A stretch of DNA of 64,000 nucleotides from Clostridia bacterium (lineage in GTDB: Bacteria > Bacillota > Clostridia > Monoglobales > Monoglobaceae). The notes under the pieces were generated by a model. The model saw nothing but the letters and a program-made list of their open reading frames with translations. It made no database searches and was not told the origin of the DNA. Both the position numbers and the translations under genes were made by a program. Shown piece by piece: positions 9,392-17,938 of this stretch. The DNA lies in NCBI GenBank assembly GCA_045647905.1, contig JAZRMZ010000014.1, positions 8,303 to 72,302 of the forward strand, in the 5' to 3' direction. The number at the start of each line of letters is the position of its first letter. Position 1 is the first letter of the stretch.

Positions 9392-10643
9392 AATCAAAAA
9401 AATATTTAATTCTGGTGTAGCAAAGAATGGATTTTGGTTGATTGTTCTTCAAGGATTTAATACTATAATTCCTTTGTTCACAATTCCGTATGTTACAAGG
9501 ATTCTTTCTACAACGGCTTATGGTGAGTTTTCTTTGGCTTTGAATTTGGTTGGCTATTTTCAGGTGGTGGTTGAATACGGATTCGGACTTCTCGGAGCTC
9601 GAAAAATTGCAACAAGGAAGAGTGATGAAGAACTTGGCACAATAAGATCGACAATTTTGGGGGCTCGTGTTATTTTATTTGGTATCAGCGTTGTTTTGAT
9701 GTTGATTATTGCAACAGTCGGTAAATATGATACAAGTCAATTAATTTGTATTGTTTTGCTTTACGGGTCGGTTTTGACTACGGTTTTTCAACAAACATAT
9801 TTTTTTCAGGGGCTTGCGGATATGAAGCCGGTCTCTGTTATAAATATAGTTAGCAGAATTATTTCGCTTGTGCTGATTTTCGCATTTGTTAAGAGTGTAA
9901 AAGATTTGTATTTATATTGTATACTTTACATCTCAACACCTGTTATTTCGAGTGCTGCTTCTTTTGTGCTTATAGGAAAGAAATATTCGGCAAAATTAAA
10001 ATGGATAAAAATAAAAAGTTTATTTCTGGCTTTGAAAGAAGGATGGGCGCTGTTCATTTCTTCGGCCATGGCGAAGATATTTGCAAGTGCAGGAATAACA
10101 ATTCTCGGGTTTTGGGCAACAAAAAGCGAAGTTGGAGTGTATTCGGCAATCAATAAAATTCCGTATGTAATGGCTCTGCTTTTTGGCGCTGTGAGTCAGG
10201 CGGTTTATCCGTATATATGTAAGGATTTTGCTGTTTCAAACAGTCAGGGATTGAATAAAGTGAAAAAGTTTGGTAAGCCTGTTGTTGCTGTTTTTGCATT
10301 TATGGGCGTTTTATTGATAGTTTTGAATAAAGTAGTGGTAGGTATTGCGTTTGGTGAAGAATATGTTTCTCATTCGTTACTTTTAATTCCATTTTGCTTA
10401 TGGATGTTGTTTGGAATAATTAATAATTTTCTTGGGATTCAGACTTTGGTGGCAAGTGGACATCAAGGCGCATACAGCCGTTGTATGGGAATAAGCATAG
10501 TTTTAATGCTGGCTTTTATGCTTGTTCTGGGATATTTATTTGGTGTTTATGGTGTGGCTTATGCAACGCTTATTTCGGAGACGATTTTGACGGGATTATT
10601 GCTTTATAATGTGAAAAAATATGTTATAACCAAAAACGATTGA
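9381..10643 (+). CDS. Wzx-type oligosaccharide flippase (MOP superfamily polysaccharide biosynthesis protein)
   Basis: 420 aa with about 12-14 TM helices. Overlaps the upstream gene by 11 nt. Typical Wzx architecture and locus position. Confidence 0.8.
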   Translation: MISKIKKIFNSGVAKNGFWLIVLQGFNTIIPLFTIPYVTRILSTTAYGEFSLALNLVGYFQVVVEYGFGLLGARKIATRKSDEELGTIRSTILGARVILFGISVVLMLIIATVGKYDTSQLICIVLLYGSVLTTVFQQTYFFQGLADMKPVSVINIVSRIISLVLIFAFVKSVKDLYLYCILYISTPVISSAASFVLIGKKYSAKLKWIKIKSLFLALKEGWALFISSAMAKIFASAGITILGFWATKSEVGVYSAINKIPYVMALLFGAVSQAVYPYICKDFAVSNSQGLNKVKKFGKPVVAVFAFMGVLLIVLNKVVVGIAFGEEYVSHSLLLIPFCLWMLFGIINNFLGIQTLVASGHQGAYSRCMGISIVLMLAFMLVLGYLFGVYGVAYATLISETILTGLLLYNVKKYVITKND

Positions 10644-10660
10644 TGTAAGAGGGGAAAAAG

Positions 10661-11797
10661 ATGGCTATTGATGACGTTAGAAGATGTTTGATAGATATAA
10701 TTCGATGCTATCTCTCGGGTGGATCATTTGATGGTGAATGTGATGAACAGGCTGCTGATGTTTTTGCTATGCTCAAAAGGCACGATTTGCTTCATCTTGC
10801 AAGTGTTGTTCTTTCGAGAGATGCGAAGAATCGGGAGAGGTTTGGCAATCTTGTGAAGTCGCAGTTTGCGGCGGTTATGAGGTATGAAAAAGGCAAATAT
10901 GTCCGTGACAGAATTTATGATTTATTTGAAGCAAATGAGATTCCCTTTCTGCCTTTGAAGGGGGCGGTTATTTGCGACTATTATGAAGAACCGTGGCACA
11001 GAACAAGCTGCGATATTGACATTCTTGTGCATAATGAAGACCTTGACCGTGCGACAGAGCTTTTGCAAACAGAACTGAAATTTAAATTTGACCATAAAAG
11101 CAAGCATGATGTGTCGCTTTATTCACCCGAAGGGGTCCATTTTGAACTGCATTTTGACTTTCACGAGGAAGGTATTGCCCCTGAGGATGGATGGAAAGCG
11201 GCAACGCCCATTGAAGGAAAAAAATATCATTATGCCCTTTCGCATGAAGCCTTTGCACTTCATCATATTGCACATACGGCAAAGCATTTCAAATACAGTG
11301 GATGTGGAATCAGGTTTTTTGTGGATTTGTGGATAATTGTACACAGAATGGGCTTTGATAAAGAAAAACTTGAAGTTATGTTGGAAAACAAGGGGCTGCT
11401 GAAGTTTGCGGAAAATGCCTTTGCTTTGGCAGAATATTGGTTTGGTGATGCAACTGAAACGGAAATGATAAAAAAAATGTCGGATTATATTTTGGAGGCA
11501 GGGATATACGGTAGTACAGAAAATCGGGTTGTTATCGGACAGAAAAAACATAAGAATAAGTTTAATTATGCATTAAGCAGAATTTTCTTGCCGCATAATA
11601 TAATAAAACGCAGATACCCGATTCTTGAAAAGCACAAGTGGCTTTTGCCCGTATGTCAGGTTCGCAGATGGGGTGACCTTGTGTTTAAAGAAAGAAAACT
11701 TAAGTCTGCACGAAATGAGTTTGAACTCAACAGCAAGGTGGATAACAATAAAAAAGATGCAGTTCTTGGCTTGCTTTCAGAGTTGGAGATTGTGTAG
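10661..11797 (+). CDS. Uncharacterised nucleotidyltransferase family protein (NTP_transf_5-like)
   Basis: CDIDILVH and HFELH motifs and a ~378-aa length, as in the PF14907-type family. Last gene of the glycan locus. Confidence 0.6.
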   Translation: MAIDDVRRCLIDIIRCYLSGGSFDGECDEQAADVFAMLKRHDLLHLASVVLSRDAKNRERFGNLVKSQFAAVMRYEKGKYVRDRIYDLFEANEIPFLPLKGAVICDYYEEPWHRTSCDIDILVHNEDLDRATELLQTELKFKFDHKSKHDVSLYSPEGVHFELHFDFHEEGIAPEDGWKAATPIEGKKYHYALSHEAFALHHIAHTAKHFKYSGCGIRFFVDLWIIVHRMGFDKEKLEVMLENKGLLKFAENAFALAEYWFGDATETEMIKKMSDYILEAGIYGSTENRVVIGQKKHKNKFNYALSRIFLPHNIIKRRYPILEKHKWLLPVCQVRRWGDLVFKERKLKSARNEFELNSKVDNNKKDAVLGLLSELEIV

Positions 11798-11825
11798 ATT
11801 TAAAGGTTCCATCACGCATATTAAG

Positions 11826-12009
11826 GAAAGATCTTTTGTTACACTCAGGATGACCCTGTATAGTTGGGGTTAATGTCATTCTGAGCCAAAGGCGAAGAAT
11901 CTTTTATTCCGGAATTTGCTGAAGAATCAATCAAAAATGGCGTGAATCACTTTTGTGATACACGCCATTTTCAGCTTACATTAAGATTCTTCGCTTACGC
12001 TCAGAATGA
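11826..12009. repeat. Three REP-like units (GTCATTCTGAGC-N6-CGAAGAATC family) flanking a terminator
   Basis: Units at 11826-11852 (inverted, degenerate), 11874-11903 (direct) and 11982-12009 (inverted). The same motif recurs at 21.7, 23.8, 24.8, 30.2, 30.6 and 50.4 kb. Confidence 0.8.
11932..11971. terminator. Bidirectional intrinsic terminator between the glycan locus and pfk
   Basis: AAAAATGGCGTG-N16-CACGCCATTTT. An 8-bp GC-rich stem is flanked by an A-run and a T-run. Confidence 0.7.
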
Positions 12010-12024
12010 CAATTCGGTGTTGAA

Positions 12025-13254
12025 TTACCAAACCTTTGGGGCGAATTGGAGCTGACCGGCATTATATTTGATTTGGGGTTCGCCTTCAATCAGTGGAAGC
12101 GCATATTTTATGAATTGGTCGGTAACGCCAAAGCCGTCGGGGGAAATCATTTCCTGAGGGATTTTCTTTTCTACGTTGGCAATTTTGCGGACATCATAGG
12201 GGATAATTTCAATTTTGTAAGGATTGTCCGAGATACGCTTGAAGCCGGGTACAACACCGGTGAGACCCTGACAGGCGAAGCCGACACCTGTATAACCTGC
12301 GTCAAAGGCTTCATTTACGTCACAGAGGGATGTTCCGCTTGCCCAGCATCTTTGAAGGGTGCTGAGTTCGATGGAGCGAACCTTCAGACCCAAATCCGAA
12401 GCAATGCTGTTGCGGATAATCTGACCGACTCCGCCCAGAGCTGCATGCCCGAAACGGTCATGTTCTTTTTGCATGGACTTGATATTTTCCATTATATAGT
12501 TGCCCTTATTGTCGTGGATGCCTTCGGAAACGGCAATCATAACTGTTTCCTGCTCGCGGCTGACCTTTTCGACCTTGGCGAGAAAGGAGTCGAAGTCGAA
12601 ATCAACTTCGGGCAGACAAATAATATCTGCTGCCTGTGTTGACTCATCGTTGGCAAGTGCCGCCGCAGCCGTAAGCCAGCCTGCGTTTCTGCCCATGGCT
12701 TCAAGGACAACAACCGACGGCATACTGTAAACCTCGGTATCTTTTTTTAACTGACGCAATGAGTTTGCAATAAATTTTGCGGCAGAACCGTAGCCGGGGG
12801 TGTGGTCGGTGAGGGCAAGGTCATTGTCGATGGTTTTGGGAACGCCGATAACTCGGACGTCCGAGCCGATTTCCTCGGCATAACGGCTCATTTTGTCAAC
12901 TGTGTCCATGGAGTCGTTGCCGCCGATGCAAAAGAAATAACCGATGTCATATTTTTTGAAAATTTCAAAAATCTTTTCGTAAAAGCCCTTGTCTTCTTCA
13001 AGTTTGGGGAGCTTTTTGCGGCATGAGCCCAGATATGACGAAGGAGTTTGTTTGAGCAAATCAATAAGTCCGTCCTCTTTGAATTTTTCAAGGGAAACAA
13101 TACGTTCTTCCGCAACGCCCTCAATTCCGTAAAGACCGCCGTAAACCTTGCCGATTTTGTCTGCATGGTCGAAGCCGCCTTTGATTACCCCTGCCAAAGA
13201 TGAATTAATAACGGCTGTGGGGCCGCCTGACTGAATTACCAATAAATTTTTCAA
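12025..13254 (-). CDS. pfkA: 6-phosphofructokinase (PfkA family; ATP versus PPi dependence not resolvable by eye)
   Basis: LVIQSGGPTAVINSS, CIGGNDSMDT and VIGVPKTIDNDL motifs. Start moved to TTG 13254 (MKNLLVIQ) 8 nt after GAAGGAG (track start 13293). Confidence 0.85.
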   Translation of the reverse strand: MKNLLVIQSGGPTAVINSSLAGVIKGGFDHADKIGKVYGGLYGIEGVAEERIVSLEKFKEDGLIDLLKQTPSSYLGSCRKKLPKLEEDKGFYEKIFEIFKKYDIGYFFCIGGNDSMDTVDKMSRYAEEIGSDVRVIGVPKTIDNDLALTDHTPGYGSAAKFIANSLRQLKKDTEVYSMPSVVVLEAMGRNAGWLTAAAALANDESTQAADIICLPEVDFDFDSFLAKVEKVSREQETVMIAVSEGIHDNKGNYIMENIKSMQKEHDRFGHAALGGVGQIIRNSIASDLGLKVRSIELSTLQRCWASGTSLCDVNEAFDAGYTGVGFACQGLTGVVPGFKRISDNPYKIEIIPYDVRKIANVEKKIPQEMISPDGFGVTDQFIKYALPLIEGEPQIKYNAGQLQFAPKVW

Positions 13255-13345
13255 ATTGCACACTCCTTCGTGAGTTTTATAATCTAATTTCACTTTATTG
13301 TATCATATTTTCAGATTTTTTACAACTCCAATATTAAACAATAAT

Positions 13346-13374
13346 TTGACACTGCAGTTAGAATATGTTATAAT
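13346..13374 (+). promoter_or_regulatory. Sigma-A type promoter for the SDR gene
   Basis: Perfect TTGACA, 17-nt spacer, TATAAT. Confidence 0.6.
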
Positions 13375-13401
13375 TTTTACACAAAGAAGGAGGTGGAAAA
13401 G

Positions 13402-14151
13402 ATGAAAGCTTTGATAACAGGTGCAAGCACGGGAATCGGACGTGATATGGCAAGAAATTTGTACGCACGGGGATTTGAGCTTATATTGGTTGCCCGTTCT
13501 GCCGAGCTTCTTGAAAAACTGAAGGAGGAGCTGGGGGGAAAGCCCCGTATAATCAGCCTTGACCTTTCGCGGGAAGAAAACTGTCATGAGCTTTACCGAA
13601 TGACAAAGGAAGAAAATATAGATATTTTGATTAATAATGCAGGCTTTGGAAGTTATGGTATGTCTTCTGAGGTTAACCTTGAAACTGAGCTTAATATGAT
13701 TGACCTGAACATCAAAACGGTTCATATTCTGACCAAGCTGTTTGTTGCGGATTTTGAGGAACGGAATCATGGGTATATTATGAATGTTGCGTCCATTGCA
13801 GCGTTTCTTTCGGGTCCGCTTATGTCAACATATTATGCCACAAAGGGATATGTTTTGAAGTTCAGCACGGCGTTATACGAAGAATTGCGAAGAAAAAAGA
13901 AGAATGTTCATATATCTGTGTTGTGTCCTGGTCCTGTGGATACTGAATTCAATAAGCGTGCAGGTGTGCGTTTTCTTATTAACGGGCACAGCAGTAAATT
14001 TGTTGCGGATTATGCAATCAAAAAAATGCTGAAAAACAAGTTGTTGATAATTCCTGGTATTGCTGTGAAGCTGGGAGTGTTCTTTCAGCGGTTTGCACCA
14101 ACAAAAATGCTGTTGAAAATCAGTTACAGACTGCAAAGCTGTAAAAAGTAA
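13402..14151 (+). CDS. SDR-family short-chain dehydrogenase/reductase
   Basis: ALITGASTGIG cofactor motif, NNAG, and YYATKGYV (YxxxK). Start at ATG 13402 after AAGGAGG. Confidence 0.85.
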   Translation: MKALITGASTGIGRDMARNLYARGFELILVARSAELLEKLKEELGGKPRIISLDLSREENCHELYRMTKEENIDILINNAGFGSYGMSSEVNLETELNMIDLNIKTVHILTKLFVADFEERNHGYIMNVASIAAFLSGPLMSTYYATKGYVLKFSTALYEELRRKKKNVHISVLCPGPVDTEFNKRAGVRFLINGHSSKFVADYAIKKMLKNKLLIIPGIAVKLGVFFQRFAPTKMLLKISYRLQSCKK

Positions 14152-14155
14152 ACAT

Positions 14156-14197
14156 AGTGAGTTCGAAACCATCCTCACTTAAATAAAAACTAAGGAG
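14156..14197 (+). promoter_or_regulatory. preQ1-I riboswitch
   Basis: AGUGAG-UUCGAAACCAUC-CUCACU hairpin followed by the UAAAUAAAAACUAAGGAG tail that includes the SD. It matches the small preQ1-I architecture and lies directly upstream of queT. Confidence 0.8.
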
Positions 14198-14204
14198 AAA
14201 AACT

Positions 14205-14690
14205 ATGAAAGAAAGAAATAAAGTTCGATTTATGGTACAATCTGCGGCCATTGCCGCAATTTATGTGGTTCTGACCCTTTTGACAAATGTTTTTGGATTG
14301 GCAAATGGGGTAATACAAGTGCGTTTTTCTGAGGCAATGACTGTTTTGCCTTGCATAATGCCTGCAGCAATACCGGGGCTTACAATCGGTTGTCTGATTT
14401 CAAATACCCTGACCGGTGCCATGGCTCTTGATATTGTTTTTGGGAGTTTTGCCACCTTGATTGGTGCAGTATTTACTTATATGTTGAGAAAATACCGGTT
14501 TCTTGCGCCGTTGCCGCCCATAATTTCAAATACTGTTATAATACCCTTTGTGCTTGCCTTTGTGTATAAATTTGAAGGCTCGGTGTGGTATTTTATGATT
14601 ACAGTTGGAATTGGTGAAATTATTTCCTGCGGCGTTCTTGGGGGATTGCTGTTGCTGACCCTGAAACGGTTGCCGAAAAAGTTTTTATAA
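14205..14690 (+). CDS. queT: Queuosine-precursor transporter QueT
   Basis: 161-aa polytopic membrane protein with a QueT-like N-terminus (SAAIAAIYVVLTLL...VIQVRFSEAMTVLP). A preQ1 riboswitch lies upstream. Confidence 0.8.
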   Translation: MKERNKVRFMVQSAAIAAIYVVLTLLTNVFGLANGVIQVRFSEAMTVLPCIMPAAIPGLTIGCLISNTLTGAMALDIVFGSFATLIGAVFTYMLRKYRFLAPLPPIISNTVIIPFVLAFVYKFEGSVWYFMITVGIGEIISCGVLGGLLLLTLKRLPKKFL

Positions 14691-14706
14691 AACAAATTGA
14701 AACAAC

Positions 14707-14734
14707 AAAAAACCCACCGAAATCGGTGGGTTTT
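14707..14734. terminator. Bidirectional intrinsic terminator (queT / yabE-like convergent pair)
   Basis: AAAAAACCCACCGA-AA-TCGGTGGGTTTT. Confidence 0.85.
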
Positions 14735-14739
14735 GATTG

Positions 14740-15900
14740 TTATTTCAGTACGTAAACTTTAACCTGACGTCTGCCAAAGTTCAAGGCTTCCTGTCTTGTG
14801 TTGAAACACAGGTCAATACGGTTTCCTTTGATTGCGCCGCCTGTGTCTGCCGCAACGGCTGTTCCATAAATAAATGAGCCGTCGGCGGTTTCGATGTAAA
14901 GTCTGCTTCCCAAAGGAATAACACTTGGGTCAACGGCAACTATACCATATACAGCCCTTGCACCGGTTGCTGTTATTCCGTAACCGGGATGTGAGGGGCT
15001 TTTTCCGCAGCTTGAAGCATCATAACCTGTGGCGTTCAATGTGAGAACCTTGCTGTATGCAAGATTTCCGCTACGTGATGTCTTAATCGAACCGTCGTTT
15101 GATTTTTTTGCAGATGCAATAACCGGAGCCGATTTTTTTGTACCAATTTCGGTGATGTGTTCGATTGCTTCAACAACAACGGTTTCTTCAATCTTTTTCC
15201 TTGAAACCTCAACACCGTCTTCGTAATAAACCTTGTATGAAACTGTTTTTTCACCGGGCTTACCTTGCTGTATGGTCTTTTTCTTTCCCTTTGCAAGAGC
15301 TGAATTTGTTCGCTCGGTGCTGTCAAAAGGAATTTGTTCGCTTACAGTCTCGGTTTTTTCTTCGGTGTGGATGATGGTTATGTTTGTGTTGGCCGCTATT
15401 GGCTGATCCAATGCAGGAGAGATTTTGTCGCTCTCCTTGTAGCTGTAGCCATATTCATCAAGAATCGCACCGGCGGTTGCCGCAAGAGTCATATGCTCTT
15501 TTGTGATGCCCTTGTCCGTAACCGTGACTTTGTAGGCTCTTTGTATCTCTATTTTCATGTCATCTTCCAACAGGGTTCTGGGCAGAACATTCATTTTGTC
15601 CTTTGCTCCGAGAACGATTCCTTCTGCTGAAAGAATGTCTTCAACGTATGTCGCTTTTGTTGTAACTGTTTTTCCCGCATTATCGCCATCAAAAATCATT
15701 ACTGTTGTTCCTGCTGAAAGAACAATGTTGAGTGCAATTGCTGCCGCAGCAACAATTCCTGTTGAAGAAAGGATAATTGCTCTTGTTTTTGATGTGAATG
15801 TGTGAGCTGAAAAGTTAAGTTTGCTCAACCCTGATACGGTAATGCGTTTGGCTGATGAGGACATTTTAACTATTCTATCCTTCAGTCCATTTAGCATCAA
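14740..15900 (-). CDS. G5 and 3D (RlpA-like DPBB) domain cell-wall protein, YabE/RpfB-like
   Basis: N-terminal TM segment, repeated DUF348-like segments, a G5-like region (KTVSYKVYYEDGVEVSRK), and a C-terminal 3D domain (ATGYDASSCGKSPSHPGYGITATG...DTGGAIKGNRIDL). Confidence 0.8.
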   Translation of the reverse strand: MMLNGLKDRIVKMSSSAKRITVSGLSKLNFSAHTFTSKTRAIILSSTGIVAAAAIALNIVLSAGTTVMIFDGDNAGKTVTTKATYVEDILSAEGIVLGAKDKMNVLPRTLLEDDMKIEIQRAYKVTVTDKGITKEHMTLAATAGAILDEYGYSYKESDKISPALDQPIAANTNITIIHTEEKTETVSEQIPFDSTERTNSALAKGKKKTIQQGKPGEKTVSYKVYYEDGVEVSRKKIEETVVVEAIEHITEIGTKKSAPVIASAKKSNDGSIKTSRSGNLAYSKVLTLNATGYDASSCGKSPSHPGYGITATGARAVYGIVAVDPSVIPLGSRLYIETADGSFIYGTAVAADTGGAIKGNRIDLCFNTRQEALNFGRRQVKVYVLK

Positions 15901-15953
15901 ATCACCTCTGCTTTTTAATTTTTTGGTAACATTTTCTTGATGTTACATCGTCT

Positions 15954-15983
15954 ATTATACACAAAAAACACCCCTAAAGTCAA
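15954..15983 (-). promoter_or_regulatory. Putative sigma-A promoter of the yabE-like gene
   Basis: On the minus strand: TTGACT, 18-nt spacer, TATAAT, about 50 nt upstream of the ATG. Confidence 0.5.
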
Positions 15984-16068
15984 ATTTGATTATCCTTTGT
16001 GAGGTCAAATTAGCCCTTTTCAGTCCGTGAAACGGGTTCTCAAAAGGTGAATCATTTCAAAATCCCCC

Positions 16069-16096
16069 CGTTTCCTCTCGTTTCCTCCCGTTTCCT
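16069..16096. repeat. Three direct CGTTTCCT repeats with exact 10-bp phasing
   Basis: CGTTTCCTCT CGTTTCCTCC CGTTTCCT at 16069, 16079 and 16089, in the divergent intergenic region. Confidence 0.9.
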
Positions 16097-16218
16097 TTTG
16101 GTTGGTATGAAATTTTACAAATTCTGACAAAAATAATTTCTATTGCTTTTCCGTGAGAAATTTGGTATAATTTTAGTTATAATTTAAGTTAGAATTTTTT
16201 GAAGGATTATATATTAAT

Positions 16219-16977
16219 ATGAAGAAAACGATAATTCATTCTTATGAGAGACTTGATGATTTGCAAACAAAAAACAATCTGCACCTTATTCAGAATCCAA
16301 AGTGGTTTTGCTTTGGGGTGGATGCGGTTTTGCTTGCAGATTTTGCTTCGGCATCAATAAAGGTTCATGCGGAAGTTCTGGATTTGTGTTGCGGCAACGG
16401 AATTATTCCTTTGCTCCTCACAGAAAAATCTGCGGCAGACAAAATCACAGGTCTTGAAATTCAGGAGCCTGTTGCGGAAATGGCGACAAGGAGTGTGGAA
16501 TGGAACAGTCTTGAGGACAGAGTTAAGATTGAGTGTGGTGACCTGAAGGAAGCGGATGTGATTTTCGGGAAGGAGTCCTTTGACAACATAACCTGCAATC
16601 CCCCGTATAAAGAGAACAACGGCGGTCTCAAAAATGCAACCGACACGGTGACCATTGCACGGCATGAGATTCTTTGCAGCCTTGAGGATATAATTTCTGT
16701 TTCGGCAAAATGTTTAAAGCCCTACGGAAAATTGTGCATGATTCACCGCCCTGAAAGGCTGATTGATATAATATGTCTTATGAGAGCGGCAAGGATAGAG
16801 CCCAAAAGGCTGAGATTTGTTCATCCGTCGCCTTCAAAGACTGCAACCATGATTTTGATTGAGGGGGCAAAGTTCGGCAAGCCAAAGCTGTTTTTGGAGC
16901 CGCCTCTTTATGTACACGACGAAAACGGAAATTACACGGAAGAAATTAACCGTATTTACGGAAGAATTTCCCATTGA
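16219..16977 (+). CDS. tRNA (adenine-N6)-methyltransferase-like SAM-dependent methyltransferase (TrmN6/YfiC, B. subtilis YabB-like)
   Basis: VLDLCCGNG SAM motif and CNPPY catalytic motif. Conserved position next to rsmI. Confidence 0.75.
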   Translation: MKKTIIHSYERLDDLQTKNNLHLIQNPKWFCFGVDAVLLADFASASIKVHAEVLDLCCGNGIIPLLLTEKSAADKITGLEIQEPVAEMATRSVEWNSLEDRVKIECGDLKEADVIFGKESFDNITCNPPYKENNGGLKNATDTVTIARHEILCSLEDIISVSAKCLKPYGKLCMIHRPERLIDIICLMRAARIEPKRLRFVHPSPSKTATMILIEGAKFGKPKLFLEPPLYVHDENGNYTEEINRIYGRISH

Positions 16978-16995
16978 CAGAAAGGTGGAAAAGTT

Positions 16996-17844
16996 TTGAA
17001 AGGTACACTCTATTTATGTCCGACTCCCATTGGTAATCTGAAGGATATTACCATGCGTACCCTTGAGGTGCTGAAGTCGGTTGATTTGATTGCGGCAGAG
17101 GATACAAGGAATACTTTGAAGCTGCTTAATCACTTTGAAATTAATGTTCCCTTGACCAGCTACTATGAACATAACAAGGCACAAAAGGGCGGAGTTCTGA
17201 TTGAAAAGCTCAATTCGGGATGTTCGGTTGCACTTGTTTCCGATGCGGGAATGCCTGCTATTTCGGACCCGGGCGAGGATTTGGTGAGACTTTGCATTGA
17301 TGAGGGAATTGAGGTTGTTCCTTTGCCGGGGGCATCGGCTTTTACCTGTGCTTTGGTTGCATCCGGAATGCCCACGGGCAGATTTTCCTTTGAGGGTTTT
17401 TTGACAACAAACAAAAGAAATCGCAGAATTCACCTTGAAGAAGTGAAGAACGATACCAGAACACTTATTTTTTATGAAGCACCTCACAAGCTTCTTTCAA
17501 CCCTGAAGGATATGCTTGAATACTTCGGGAACCGTGAAATTGTTCTTGCAAGGGAGCTGACAAAGAAGTTTGAGGAATTTTACCGTACAACCATTTCGGA
17601 TGCCATTGAAAGATATGAAGAAACTTCTCCAAAGGGTGAGTTTGTTTTGATTATAAAAGGGAAAGCTGCGGAAGAACTGAAGCAGCAGCAACGTATGGAA
17701 CAGCCCGCTCCCGAAGAATTGATTGAAAAATATGCGGCAGAGGGCTTGAGGGGCAAAGAGATTGTGAACAGGGTTGCTGAGGAACTGAAGCTCCCAAAAA
17801 GAGAGATTTATGACCTGCATATAAAAATGAAGGATAAAATATAA
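16996..17844 (+). CDS. rsmI: 16S rRNA (cytidine1402-2'-O)-methyltransferase RsmI
   Basis: GTLYLCPTPIGNLKDIT N-terminus, AAEDTR, and SDAGMPAISDPG motifs. Confidence 0.9.
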   Translation: MKGTLYLCPTPIGNLKDITMRTLEVLKSVDLIAAEDTRNTLKLLNHFEINVPLTSYYEHNKAQKGGVLIEKLNSGCSVALVSDAGMPAISDPGEDLVRLCIDEGIEVVPLPGASAFTCALVASGMPTGRFSFEGFLTTNKRNRRIHLEEVKNDTRTLIFYEAPHKLLSTLKDMLEYFGNREIVLARELTKKFEEFYRTTISDAIERYEETSPKGEFVLIIKGKAAEELKQQQRMEQPAPEELIEKYAAEGLRGKEIVNRVAEELKLPKREIYDLHIKMKDKI

Positions 17845-17938
17845 TAAGTTCTTATTTTATTTAACACCAATTCATACTTTATTAATATATAGGAAGTAAT
17901 ATAAAAGTGATTATACATAAAAGAACGGAGGATGCCGA

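Noticed and set aside
16027-16041. Catabolite-responsive element (cre) at TGAAACGGGTTCTCA.
   Set aside because: The central CG of the cre consensus (TGNAANCGNWNNCA) is out of register, and there are several mismatches.
15901-16218. c-di-AMP (ydaO-type) riboswitch upstream of the G5/3D cell-wall gene, prompted by a GGTGAATC word at about 16046.
   Set aside because: The word is on the wrong strand for that gene. The hallmark ACCCG...CCGACAGCUAACCUCGUAAGCG segment is absent on both strands. The predicted 5' UTR is only about 50 nt.
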